Positions 1 through 12,369 of a DNA stretch of 64,000 bases are shown piece by piece. Numbering within the stretch: the stretch's first letter is position 1; every line of letters starts with the position of its first letter. The notes beneath the pieces were generated by a model. It was not told the origin of the DNA. It did no database searches and saw only the letters and a list, made by a program, of their open reading frames with translations. The stretch is from Eledone cirrhosa (lineage: Eukaryota): contig OZ024744.1 in NCBI GenBank assembly GCA_964016885.1, positions 130,448,001 to 130,512,000 of the forward strand, written 5' to 3'. Both the position numbers and the translations under genes were made by a program.

Positions 1-1327
1 TTTGGGGTTAAGTTAAGTTGGGGTTAAGTTAAGTTGGGTTTAAGTTAAGTTGGGGTTAAATTAAGTTGGGGTTAAAATAAGTTGGGGTTAAGTTAAGTTG
101 GGGGTAAGTTAAGTTGGGGGCAAGTTAAGTTGGGGTTAATTTAAGTTGGGGTTAAATTAAGTTGGGGTTACGTTAAGTTGGTGTTAAGTTAAGTTGGGGT
201 TAATTTAAGTTGGGGTTAATTAAGTTGGGGTTAAGTTAAGTTGGGGTTAAGTTAAGTTGGGGTTAATTTAAGTTGGGGTTGAGTTAAGTTGGGGTTAAGT
301 TAAGTTGGGGTTATATTAAGTTGGGGTTAAGTTAAGTTGGGGTTAATTTAAGTTGGGGTTAAGTTAAGTTGGGGTTAAGTTAAGTTGGTGTTAAGTTAAG
401 TTTGGGCTAAGTTAAGTTGGGGTTGAGTTAAGTTGGGGTTAAGTTGGGGTTAAATTAAGTTAGGTTTAAGTTAAGTTGGGGTTAAGTTAAGTTGGGGTTA
501 AGTTAAGTTGTGGTTAAGTTAAGTTGGGGTTAAGTTAAGTTGGGGTTAAGTTAAGTCGGGGTTGAGTTAAGTTGGGGTTAAGTTAAGTTGGGGTTAATTT
601 AAGTTGGGGTTAAGTTAAGTTGGGGTTAAGTTAAGTTGGGGTTAAGTTAATTGGGGTTAAGTTAAGTTGGGGTTAAGTTAAGTTGAGGTTAAGTTAAGTT
701 GGGGTTAAATTAAGTTTGGGTTAAGTTAAGTTGGGGTTAAGTTAAGTTGGGGATAAGTTAAGTTGGGGATAATTTAAGTTGGGGTTAAGTTAAGTTGGGT
801 TTAAGTTAAGTTGGGGTTAAGTTAAGTTGGGGTTAAGTTAAGTTGGGGTTAAGTTAAGTTGGGGTTAAGTTAAGTTGGGGCTAAGTTAAGTTGGGGCTGA
901 GTTAAGTTGGGGTTAAGTTAAGTTGGGGTTAAGTTAAGTTGGGGTTAAGTTAAGTTGGGGTTAATTTAAGTTGGGGTTAAGTTAAGTTGCGGGTAATTTA
1001 AGTTGGGGTTAAGTTAAGTTGGGGTTAAGTTAAGTTGGGGTTAAGTTAAGTTGGGGTTAAGTTAAGTTGGGGTTAAGTTAAGTTGGGGTTTATTTAAGTT
1101 GGGGTTAAGTTAAGTTGGGGTTCAGTTAAGTTGCAGTTAAGTCAAGTTGAGGTTAAGTTAAGGTGCGGTTAAGTTAAGTTGGGGTTAATTTAAGTTGGGG
1201 TTAAGTTAAGTTGGGGTTAAGTTAAGTTGGTTAGTTAAGTTGAGTTTAAGTTAAGTTGGGGTTAATTTAAGTTGGGGTTAAGTTAAGTTGGGGTTAAGTT
1301 AAGTTGGGGTTAAGTTAAGTTGGAGTT

Positions 1328-1502
1328 AACCCCAACTTAACTTAACCCCAACTTCACTCAACCCCAACGTAACTCAACCCCAACTTAACTTAACCCCAAC
1401 TTCACTCAACCCCAACTTAACTTAACCCCAACTTCACTCAACCCCAACTTCCAACTTGACTTAACCCCAACTTAACTTAGCCCCAACTTAACTTAAGCCC
1501 AA
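1328..1502 (-). repeat. Inverted satellite island 1 (175-bp class)
   Basis: C-rich AACTTAACTTAACCCC units; entry GGAGTT|AACCCC (one G>A in the palindrome centre); carries AACTTCCAACTTGAC; exit TTAAGCCCAAAGTCGGGG. Confidence 0.95.
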
Positions 1503-3632
1503 AGTCGGGGTTAAGTTAAGTTGGCGTTAAGTTAAGTTGGCGTTAAGTTAAGTTAGGCTTAACTTAAGTTGGGGTTCAGTTAAGTTGGGGGTAAGTTAAG
1601 TTGGGGGTAAGTTAAGTTGGGGGTAAGTTAAGTTGGGGTTAAGTTAAGTTGCGGTTAAGTTGGGGTTAAGTTAAGTTAGGGTTAAGTTAAGTTGGGGTTG
1701 AGTTAAGTTGGGGTTAATTAAGTGGTGGTTATGTTAAGTTGGGGTTAAGTTAAGTTGGGGTTAATTTAAATTGGGGTTAAGTTAACTTTGTGGTTAAGTT
1801 AAGTTGGGGTTAAGTTAAGTTGGGGTAAAGTTGGGGTTGAGTTAAGTTGGGGTTGAGTGAAGTTGGGGTTAAGTTAAGTTGGGGTTAAGTTAAGTTGGGG
1901 TTAAGATAAGTCGGGGTTAAGTTAAGTTGTGGTTGAGTTAAGTTGGGGTTAATTTAAGTTGGGGCTAAGTTAATTTGTGGTTAAGTTAAGTTGGGGTTAA
2001 GTTAAGTTGGGGTTAAGTTAAGTTGGGGTTGAGTTAAGTTGGGGTTGAGTTAATTTGGGGTTAAGTTAAGTTGGGGTTAAGTTAAGTTGGGTTTAAGTTA
2101 AGTTGGGGTTAAATTAAGTTGGGGTTAAATTAAGTTGGGGTTAAGTTAAGTTGGGGGTAAGTTAAGTTGGGGGCAAGTTAAGTTGGGGTTAATGTAAGTT
2201 GGGGTTAAATTAAGTTGGGGTTACGTTAAGTTGGGGTTAAGTTAAGTTGGGGCTAAGTTAAGTTGGGGCTGAGTTAAGTTGGGGCTGAGTTAAGTTGGGG
2301 CTAAGTTAATTTGGTGTTGAGTTAAGTTGGGGTTAAGTTGGGGTTAAGTTAAGTTAGGTTTAAGTTAAGTTGGGGTTAAGTTAAGTTGGGGTTACGTTAA
2401 GTTGGGGTTAAGTTAAGTTGGGGTTAAGTTAAGTTGGGGTTAAGTTAATTCGTGGTTAAGTTAAGTTGTGGTTAAGTTAAGTTGGGGTTAAGTTAAGTTG
2501 GGCTTAAGTTAAGTCGGGGTTAAGTTAAGTTGGGGTTAAGTTAAGTTGGGGTTAATTTAAGTTGGGGTTAAGTTAAGTTGGGGTTATGTTAAGTTGGGTT
2601 TAAGTTAAGTTGGGGTTAAGTTAAGTTGAGGTTAAGTTAAGTTGGGGTTAAATTAAGTTGGGGTTAAGTTAAGTTGGGGTTAAGTTAAGTTGGGGTTAAG
2701 TTAAGTTGGGGATAAGTTAAGTTGGGGATAATTTAAGTTGGGGTTAAGTTAAGTTGGGTTTAAGTTAAGTTGGGTTTAAGTTAAGTTGGGGTTAAGTTAA
2801 GTTGGGGTTAAGTTAAGTTGGGGTTAAGTTAAGTTGGGGCTAAGTTAAGTTGGGGCTGAGTTAAGTTGGGGTTAAGTTAAATTGGGGTTAAGTTAAGTTG
2901 GGGTTAAGTTAAGTTGGGGTTAAGTTAAGTTGGGGTTTATTTAAGTTGGGGTTAAGTTAAGTTGGGGTTCAGTTAAGTTGGGGTTCAGTTAAATGGGGTT
3001 AAGTTAAGTTGGGGTTAAGATGGGGTTAAATTAAGTTGGGGTTAAGTTAAGTTGGGGTTAAGTTAAGTTGGGGTTAAGCTAAGTTGGGGTTAGGTTAAGT
3101 CGGGGTTAAGTTAAGTCGGGGTTAAGTTAAGTTAGGGTTCAGTTAAGTTGGGGTTAAGTTAAGTTGGGGTTGAGTTAAGTTGGGGTTGAGTTAAGTTGGG
3201 GTTAAGTTAAGTCGGGGTTAAGTTAAGTTGCAGTTAAGTTAAGTTGAGGTTAAGTTAAGGTGCGGTTAAGTTAAGTTGGGGTTAAGTTAAGTTGGGGCTA
3301 AGTTAAGTTGGGGCTAAGTTAAGTTGGGGCTAAGTTAAGTTGGGGTTAAGTTAAGTCGGGGTTAAGTTAAGTTGGGGTTAAGTTAAGTTGGGGTTAATTT
3401 AAGTTGGGGTTAAGTTAAGTTGGGGTTAAGTTAAGTTGGGGTTAAGTTAAGTTGGGGTTGAGTTAAGTTGGGTTTAATTTAAGTTGGGGTTAAGTTAAGT
3501 TGGGGTCAAGTTAAGTTGGGGTTAAGTTAAGTTGGTTAGTTAAGTTGAGTTTAAGTTAAGTTGGGGTTAATTTATGTTGGGGTTAAGTTAAGTTGGGGTT
3601 AAGTTAAGTTGGGGTTAAGTTAAGTTGGGGTT

Positions 3633-3833
3633 AACCCCAACTTAACTTAACCCCAACTTCACTCAACCCCAACGTAACTCAACCCCAACTTAACTTAACC
3701 CCAACTTCACTCAACCCCAACTTAACTTAACCCCAACTTCACTCAACACCAACTTAAGTCAACCCCAACTTAACTTAACCCCAACTTGACTTAACCCCAA
3801 CTTAAATTAGCCCCAACTTAACTTAAGCCCCAA
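3633..3833 (-). repeat. Inverted satellite island 2 (~200-bp class)
   Basis: Entry GGGGTT|AACCCC; private variants CTCAACACCAA and CTTAAATTAGCC; exit GCCCCAAATCGGGG followed by GGCGTTATGTTCAGTCAGGC. Confidence 0.95.
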
Positions 3834-6800
3834 ATCGGGGTTAAGTTAAGTTGGCGTTATGTTCAGTCAGGCTTAACTTAAGTTGGGGTTCAGTTAAGTT
3901 GGGGTTAAGTTAAGTTGCAGTTAAGTTGGGGTTAAGTTAAGTTAGGGTTAAGTTAAGTTGGGGTTGAGTTAAGTTGGGGTTAATTAAGTGGTGGTTATGT
4001 TAAGTTGGGGTTAATTTAAATTGGGGTTAAGTTAACTTTGTGGTTAAGTTAAGTTGGGGTTAAGTTAAGTTGGGGTTAAGTTGGGGTTAAGTTGGGGTTG
4101 AGTTAAGTTGGGGTTGAGTGAAGTTGGGGTTAAGTTAAGTTGGGGTAAAGTTAAGTTGGGGTTAAGTTAAGTCGGGGTTAAGTTAAGTTGTGGTTGAGTT
4201 AAGTTGGGGTTAATTTAAGTTGGGGCTAAGTTAATTTGTGGTTAAGTTAAGTTGGGGTTAAGTTAAGTTGGCGTTGAGTTAAGTTGGGGTTGAGTTAAGT
4301 TGGGGTTAAGTTAAGTTGGGGTCAAGTTAAGTTGGGGTTAAGTTGGGGTTAAGTTAAGTTAGGTTTAAGTTAAATTGGGGTTAAGTTAAGTTGGGGTTAA
4401 GTTAAGTTGGGGTTAAGTTAAGTTGGGGTTAAGTTAAGTTGGGGTTAAGTTAATTTGTGGTTAAGTTAAGTTGGGGTTAAGTTAAGTTGGGGTTAAGTTA
4501 AGTTGGGGTTAAGTTAAGTTGGGGTTAATTTAAGTTGGGGTTAAGTTAAGTTGGGGTTAAGCTAAGTTGGGGTTAAGTTAAGTTGGGGTTAAGTTAAGTT
4601 GGGGTTAAATTAAGTTGGGGTTAAGTTAAGTTGGGGTTAAGTTAAGTTGGTGTTAAATTAAGTTGGGGCTAAGTTAAGTTGGGGCTGAGTTAAGTTGGGG
4701 TTAAGTTGGGGTTAAGTTAAGTTAGGTTTAAGTTAAGTTGGGGTTAAGTTAAGTTGGGGTTAAGTTAAGTTGTGGTTAAGTTAAGTTGGGGTTAAGTTAA
4801 GTTGGGGTTAAGTTAAGTCGGGGTTAAATTAAGTTGGGGTTAAGTTAAGTTGGGGTTAATTTAAGTTGGGGTTAAGTTAAGTTGGGGTTAAGTTAAGTTG
4901 GGGTTAAGTTAATTGGGGTTAAGTTAAGTTGAGGTTAAGTTAAGTTGGGGTTAAATTAAGTTGGGGTTAAGTTAAGTTGGGGTTAAGTTAAGTTGGGGTT
5001 AAGTTAAGTTGGGGATAAGTTAAGTTGGGGATAATTTAAGTTGGGGTTAATTTAAGTTGGGGTTGAGTTAAGTTGGTGTTAAGTTAAGTTGCAGTTAAGT
5101 TAAGTTGAGGTTAAGTTAAGTTGGGGTTAAGTTAAGTTGGGGTTAAGTTAAGTTGGGGCTAAGTTAAGTTGGGGCTAAGTTAAGTTGGGGCTAAGTTAAG
5201 TTGGGGTTAAGTTAAGTTGGGGTTAAGTTAAGTTGGGGTTAAGTTAAGTTGGGGTTAAGTTAAGTTGGTGTTAAGTTAAGTTGGGGCTAAGTTAAGTTGG
5301 GGCTGAGTTAAGTTGGGGCTGAGTTAAGTTGGGGTTAAGTTAAGTTGGGGTTAAGTTAAGTTGGGGATAATTTAAGTTGGGGTTAAGTTAAGTTTGGGTT
5401 TAAGTTAAGTTGGGGTTAAGTTAAGTTGGGGTTAAGTTAAGTTGGGGTTAAGTTAATTTGTGGTTAAGTTAAGTTGGGGTTAAGTTAAGTTGGGGTTGAG
5501 TTAAGTTGGGGCTGAGTTAATTTGGGGTTAAGTTAAGTTGGGGTTAAGTTAAGTTGGGTTTAATTTAAGTTGGGGTTAAATTAAGTTGGGGTTAAATTAA
5601 GTTGGGGTTAAGTTAAGTTGGGGGTAAGTTAAGTTGGGGGCAAGTTAAGTTGGGGTTAATTTAAGTTGGGGTTAAATTAAGTTGGGGTTACGTTAAGTTG
5701 GTGTTAAGTTAAGTTGGGGTTAATTTAAGTTGGGGTTAATTAAGTTGGGGTTAAGTTAAGTTGGGGTTAAGTTAAGTTGGGGTTAATTTAAGTTGGGGTT
5801 GAGTTAAGTTGGGGTTAAGTTAAGTTGGGGTTATATTAAGTTGGGGTTAAGTTAAGTTGGGGTTCAGTTAAGTTGGGGTTAAGTTAAGTTGGTGTTAAGT
5901 TAAGTTGGGGCTAAGTTAAGTTGGGGCTGAGTTAAGTTGGGGCTGAGTTAAGTTGGGGCTAAGTTAAGTTGGGGTTGAGTTAAGTTGGGGTTAAGTTGGG
6001 GTTAAGTTAAGTTAGGTTTAAGTTAAGTTGGGGTTAAGTTAAGTTGGGGTTAAGTTAAGTTGGGGTTAAGCTAAGTTGGGGTTAAGTTAAGTTGGGGTTA
6101 AGTTAAGTTGGGGTTGAGTTAATTTGTGGCTAAGTTAAGTTGTGGTTAAGTTAAGTTGGGGTTAAGTTAAGTTGGGGTTAAGTTAAGTCGGGGTTAAGTT
6201 AAGTTGGGGTTAAGTTAAGTTGGGGTTAATTTAAGTTGGGGTTAAGTTAAGTTGGGGTTAAGTTAAGTTGGGGTTAAGTTAAGTCGGGGTTAAGTTAAGT
6301 TGGGGTTAAGTTAAGTTGGGGTTAATTTAAGTTGGGGTTAAGTTAAGTTGGGGTTAAGTTAAGTTGGGGTTAAGTTAAGTTGGGGTTAAGTTAAGTTGGG
6401 GATAATTTAAGTTGGGGTTAAGTTAAGTTTGAGTTTAAGTTAAGTTGGGGTTAAGTTAAGTTGGGGTTAAGTTAAGTTGGGGTTAATTTAAGTTGGTTAG
6501 TTAAGTTGAGTTTAAGTTAAGTTGGGGTTAATTTAAGTTGGGGTTAAGTTAAGCTGGGGTTAAGTTAAGTTGGGGTTAAGTTAAGTTGGGATTAATTTAA
6601 GTTGGGGTTAATTTAAGTCGGGGTTAAGTTAAGTTGTGGTTGAGTTAAGTTTGGGTTAATTTAAGTTGGGGCTAAGTTAATTTGTGGTTAAGTTAAGTTG
6701 GGGTTAAGTTAAGTTGGGGTTAAGTTAAGTTGGGGTTGAGTTAAGTTGGGGTTGAGTTAATTTGGGGTTAAGTTAAGTTGGGGTTAAGTTAAGTTGGGTT

Positions 6801-9800
6801 TAAGTTAAGTTGGGGTTAAATTAAGTTGGGGTTAAATTAAGTTGGGGTTAAGTTAAGTTGGGGGTAAGTTAAGTTGGGGGCAAGTTAAGTTGGGGTTAAT
6901 TTAAGTTGGGGTTAAATTAAGTTGGGGTTACGTTAAGTTGGTGTTAAGTTAAGTTGGGGTTAATTTAAGTTGGGGTTGAGTTAAGTTGGGGTTCAGTTAA
7001 GTTGGGGATAAGTTAAGTTGGGGTTAAGTTAAGTTGGGGTTAATTAAGTTGGGGTTAAGTTAAGTTGGGGTTAAGTTAAGTTGGGGCTAAGTTAAGTTGG
7101 GGCTGAGTTAAGTTGGGGCTGAGTTAAGTTGGGGTTAAGTTAAGTTGGGGTTGAGTTAAGTTGGGGTTAAGTTAAGTTGGGGTCAAGTTAAGTTGGGGTT
7201 AAGTTGGGGTTAAGTTAAGTTAGGTTTAAGTTAAGTTGGGGTTAAGTTAAGTTGGGGTTAAGTTAAGTTGGGGTTAAGTTAAGTTGGGGTTAAGTTAAGT
7301 TGGGGTTAAGTTAAGTTGGGGTTAAGTTAATTTGTGGTTTATTTAAGTTGGGGTTAATTTAAGTTGGGGTTAAGTTAAGTTGGGGTTAAGTTAAGTCGGG
7401 GTTAAGTTAAGTTGGGGTTAAGTTAAGTTGGGGTTAAGTTAAGTTGGGGTTAAGTTAAGTTGGGGTTAAGTTAAGTTGGGGTTAAGTTAAGTTGGGGTTA
7501 AGTTAAGTTGGGGTTAAATTAAGTTGGGGTTAAGTTAAGTTGGGGTTAAGTTAAGTTGGGGTTAAGTTAAGTTGGGGATAAGTTAAGTTGGGTTTAAGTT
7601 AAGTTGGGGTTAAGTTAAGTTGGGGATAAGTTAAGTTGGGGTTAAGTTAAGTTGGGGTTAATTTAAGTTGGGGTTAAGTTAAGTTGGGTCTAAGTTAAGT
7701 TGGGGCTGAGTTAAGTTGGGGTTAAGTTAAGTTGGGGTTAAGTTAAGTTGGGGTTAATTTAAGTTGGGGTTTATTTAAGTTGGGGTTAAGTTAAGTTGGG
7801 GTTCAGTTAAGTTGGGGTTAAGTTAAGTTGGGGTTAAGATGGGGTTAAATTAAGTTGGGGTTAAGTTATGTTTGAGTTTAAGTTAAGTTGGGGTTAAGTT
7901 AAGTTGGGGTTAAGTTAAGTTGGGATTAAGTTAAGTTGGTTAGTTAAGTTGAGTTTAAGTTAAGTTGGGGTTAATTTAAGTTGGGGTTAAGTTAAGCTGG
8001 GGTTAAGTTAAGTTGGGGTTAAGTTAAGTTGGGGTTAATTTAAGTTGGGGTTAATTTAAGTCGGGGTTAAGTTAAGTTGTGGTTGAGTTAAGTTGGGGTT
8101 AATTTAAGTTGGGGCTAAGTTAATTTGTGGTTAAGTTAAGTTGGGGTTAAGTTAAGTTGGGGTTAAGTTAAGTTGGGGTTGAGTTAAGTTGGGGTTGAGT
8201 TAATTTGGGGTTAAGTTAAGTTGGGGTTAAGTTAAGTTGGGTTTAAGTTAAGTTGGGGTTAAATTAAGTTGGGGTTAAATTAAGTTGGGGTTAAGTTAAG
8301 TTGGGGGTAAGTTAAGTTGGGGGCAAGTTAAGTTGGGGTTAATTTAAGTTGGGGTTAAATTAAGTTGGGGTTACGTTAAGTTGGTGTTAAGTTAAGTTGG
8401 GGTTAATTTAAGTTGGGGTTGAGTTAAGTTGGGGTTCAGTTAAGTTGGGGATAAGTTAAGTTGGGGTTAAGTTAAGTTGGGGTTAATTAAGTTGGGGTTA
8501 AGTTAAGTTGGGGTTAAGTTAAGTTCGGGCTAAGTTAAGTTGGGGCTGAGTTAAGTTGGGGCTGAGTTAAGTTGGGGTTAAGTTAAGTTGGGGTTGAGTT
8601 AAGTTGGGGTTAAGTTAAGTTGGGGTCAAGTTAAGTTGGGGTTAAGTTGGGGTTAAGTTAAGTTAGGTTTAAGTTAAGTTGGGGTTAAGTTAAGTTGGGG
8701 TTAAGTTAAGTTGGGGTTAAGTTAAGTTGGGGTTAAGTTAAGTTGGGGTTAAGTTAATTTGTGGTTTAGTTAAGTTTGGGTTAAGTTAAGTTGGGGTTAA
8801 GTTAAGTTGGGGTTAAGTTAAGTCGTGGTTAAGTTAAGTTGGGGTTAAGTTAAGTTGGAGTTAAGTTAAGTTGGGGTTAAGTTAAGTTGGGGTTAAGTTA
8901 AGTTGGGGTTAAGTTAAGTTGGGGTTAAGTTAAGTTGAGGTTAAGTTAAGTTGGGGTTAAATTAAGTTGGGGTTAAGTTAAGTTGGGGTTAAGTTAAGTT
9001 GGGGATAAGTTAAGTTGGGGATAATTTAAGTTGGGGTTAAGTTAAGTTGGGGTTAAGTTAAGTTGGGGTTAAGTTAAGTTGGGGATAAGTTAAGTTGGGG
9101 TTAAGTTAAGTTGGGGTTAAGTTAAGTTGGGGTTAAGTTAAGTTGGGGCTAAGTTAAGTTGGGGCTGAGTTAAGTTGGGGTTAAGTTAAGTTGGGGGTTA
9201 AGTTAAGTTGGGGTTAATTTAAGTTGGGGTTTATTTAAGTTGGGGTTAAGTTAAGTTGGGGTTCAGTTAAGTTGGGGTTAAGTTAAGTTGGGGTTAAGAT
9301 GGGGTTAAATTAAGTTGGGGTTAAGTTAAGTTGGGGTTAAGTTAAGTTGGGGTTAAGTTAAGTTGGGGTTAAGTTAAGTCGGGGTTAAGTTAAGTCGGGG
9401 GTAAGTTAAGTTAGGGTTCAGTTAAGTTGGGGTTAAGTTAAGTTGGGGTTGAGTTAAGTTGGGGTTGAGTTAAATTGGGGTTGTGTTAAGTTGGGGTTGA
9501 GTTAAGTTGGTGTTGAGTTAAGTTGGGGTTAAGTTAAGTTGGGGTTAAGTTAAGTTGCAGTTAAGTTAAGTTGAGGTTAAGTTAAGGTGCGGTTAAGTTA
9601 AGTTGGGGTTAAGTTAAGTTGGGGCTAAGTTAAGTTGGGGCTAAGTTAAGTTGGGGCTAAGTTAAGTTGGGGTTAAGTTACGTTGGGGTTAAGTTAAGTC
9701 GGGGTTAAGTTAAGTTGGGGTTAAGTTAAGTTGGGGTTAATTTAAGTTGGGGTTAAGTTAAGTTGGGGTTAAGTTAAGTTGGGGTTAAGTTAAGTTGGGG

Positions 9801-9954
9801 TTAAGTTGGGTTTAAGTTAAGTTGGGGTTAAGTTAAGTTGGGGTCAAGTTAAGTTGGGGTTAAGTTAAGTTGGTTAGTTAAGTTGAGTTTAAGTTAAGTT
9901 GGGGTTAATTTAAGTTGGGGTTAAGTTAAGTTGGGGTTAAGTTAAGTTGGGGTT

Positions 9955-10170
9955 AACCCCAACTTAACTTAACCCCAACTTAACTTAACCCCAACTTCAC
10001 TCAACCCCAACGTAACTCAACCCCAATTTAACTTAACCCCAACTTCACTCAACCCCAACTTAACTTAACCCCAACTTCACTCAATCCCAACTTAAGTCAA
10101 CCCCAACTTAACTTAACCCCAACTTGACTTAACCCCAACTTAACTTAGCCCCAACTTAACTTAAGCCCAA
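9955..10170 (-). repeat. Inverted satellite island 3 (216-bp class)
   Basis: Entry GGGGTT|AACCCC; variants CCCCAATTTAAC and CTCAATCCCAA; exit GCCCAAAGTCGGGG. Confidence 0.95.
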
Positions 10171-12369
10171 AGTCGGGGTTAAGTTAAGTTGGCGTTAAGT
10201 TAAGTTAGGCTTAACTTAAGTTGGGGGTAAGTTAAGTTGGGGGTAAGTTAAGTTGGGGTTAAGTTAAGTTGCGGTTAAGTTGGGGTTAAGTTAAGTTAGG
10301 GTTAAGTTAAGTTGGCGTTGAGTTAAGTTGGGGTTAATTAAGTGGTGGTTATGTTAAGTTGGGGTTAATTTAAATTGGGGTGAAGTTAACTTTGTGGTTA
10401 AGTTAAGTTGGGGTTAAGTTAAGTTGGGGTTAAGTTGGGGTTGAGTTAAGTTGGGGTTGAGTGAAGTTGGGGTTAAGTTAAGTTGGGGTAAAGTTAAGTT
10501 GGGGTTAAGTTAAGTCGGGGTTAAGTTAAGTTGTGGTTGAGTTAAGTTGGGGTTAATTTAAGTTGGGGCTAAGTTAATTTGTGGTTAAGTTAAGTTGGGG
10601 TTAAGTTAAGTTGGGGTTAAGTTAAGTTGGGGTTAAGTTAAGTTGCAGTTAAGTTAAGTTGAGGTTAAGTTAAGTTGGGGTTAAGTTAAGTTGGGGTTAA
10701 GTTAAGTTGGGGCTAAGTTAAGTTGGGGCTAAGTTAAGTTGGGGCTAAGTTAAGTTGGGGTTAAGTTAAGTTGGGGTTAAGTTAAGTTGGGGTTAAGTTA
10801 AGTTGGGGTTAAGTTAAGTTGGTGTTAAGTTAAGTTGGGGCTAAGTTAAGTTGGGGCTGAGTTAAGTTGGGGCTGAGTTAAGTTGGGGTTAAGTTAAGTT
10901 GGGGTTGAGTTAAGTTGGGGTTAAGTTAAGTTGGGGTCAAGTTAAGTTGGGGTTAAGTTGGGGTTAATTTAAGTTAGGCTTAAGTTAAGTTGGGGTTAAG
11001 TTAAGTTGGGGTTAAGTTAAGTTGGGGTTAAGTTAAGTTGGGGTTAAGTTAAGTTGGGGTTAAGTTAATTTGTGGTTAAGTTAAGTTGGGGTTAATTTAA
11101 GTTGGGGTTAAGTTAAGTTGGGGTTAAGTTAAGTCGGGGTTAAGTTAAGTTGGGGTTAAGTTAAGTTGGGGTTAATTTAAGTTGGGGTTAAGTTAAGTTG
11201 GGGTTAAGTTAAGTTGGGGATAATTTAAGTTGGGGTTAAGTTAAGTTTGGGTTTAAGTTAAGTTGGGGTTAAGTTAAGTTGGGGTTAAGTTAAGTTGGGG
11301 TTAAGTTAATTTGTGGTTAAGTTAAGTTGGGGTTAAGTTAAGTTGGGGTTGAGTTAAGTTGGGGCTGAGTTAATTTGGGGTTAAGTTAAGTTGGGGTTAA
11401 GTTAAGTTGGGTTTAAGTTAAGTTGGGGTTAAATTAAGTTGGGGTTAAATTAAGTTGGGGTTAAGTTAAGTTGGGGGTAAGTTAAGTTGGGGGCAAGTTA
11501 AGTTGGGGTTAATTTAAGTTGGGGTTAAATTAAGTTGGGGTTACGTTAAGTTGGTGTTAAGTTAAGTTGGGGTTAATTTAAGTTGGGGTTAATTAAGTTG
11601 GGGTTAAGTTAAGTTGGGGTTAAGTTAAGTTGGGGTTAATTTAAGTTGGGGTTGAGTTAAGTTGGGGTTAAGTTAAGTTGGGGTTATATTAAGTTGGGGT
11701 TAAGTTAAGTTGGGGTTCAGTTAAGTTGGGGTTAAGTTAAATTGGGGTTAAGTTAAGTTGAGGTTAAGTTAAGTTGGGGTTAAGTTAAGTTGGTGTTAAG
11801 TTAAGTTGGGGCTAAGTTAAGTTGGGGCTGAGTTAAGTTGGGGCTGAGTTAAGTTGGGGCTAAGTTAAGTTGGGGTTGAGTTAAGTTGAGGTTAAGTTGG
11901 GGTTAAGTTAAGTTAGGTTTAAGTTAAGTTGGGGTTAAGTTAAGTTGGGGTTAAGTTAAGTTGGGGTTAAGTTAAGTTGGGGTTAAGTTAAGTTGGGGTT
12001 AAGTTAAGTTGGGGTTGAGTTAATTTGTGGTTAAGTTAAGTTGTGGTTAAGTTAAGTTGGGGTTAAGTTAAGTTGGGGTTAAGTTAAGTCGGGGTTAAGT
12101 TAAGTTGGGGTTAAGTTAAGTTGGGGTTAATTTAAGTTGGGGTTAAGTTAAGTTGGGGTTAAGATAAGTTGGGGTTAAGTTAAGTCGGGGTTAAGTTAAG
12201 TTGGGGTTAAGTTAAGTTGGGGTTAATTTAAGTTGGGGTTAAGTTAAGTTGGGGTTAAGTTAAGTTGGGGTTAAGTTAAGTTGGGGTTAAGTTAAGTTGG
12301 GGATAATTTAAGTTGGGGTTAAGTTAAGTTTGAGTTTAAGTTAAGTTGGGGTTAAGTTAAGTTGGGGTT

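Noticed and set aside
3627-3638. GGGGTTAACCCC palindromes as protelomerase or site-specific recombinase target sites
   Set aside because: The palindrome follows automatically from inverting the monomer at its TTAA; no enzyme gene is present and I recognise no match to a known target site.
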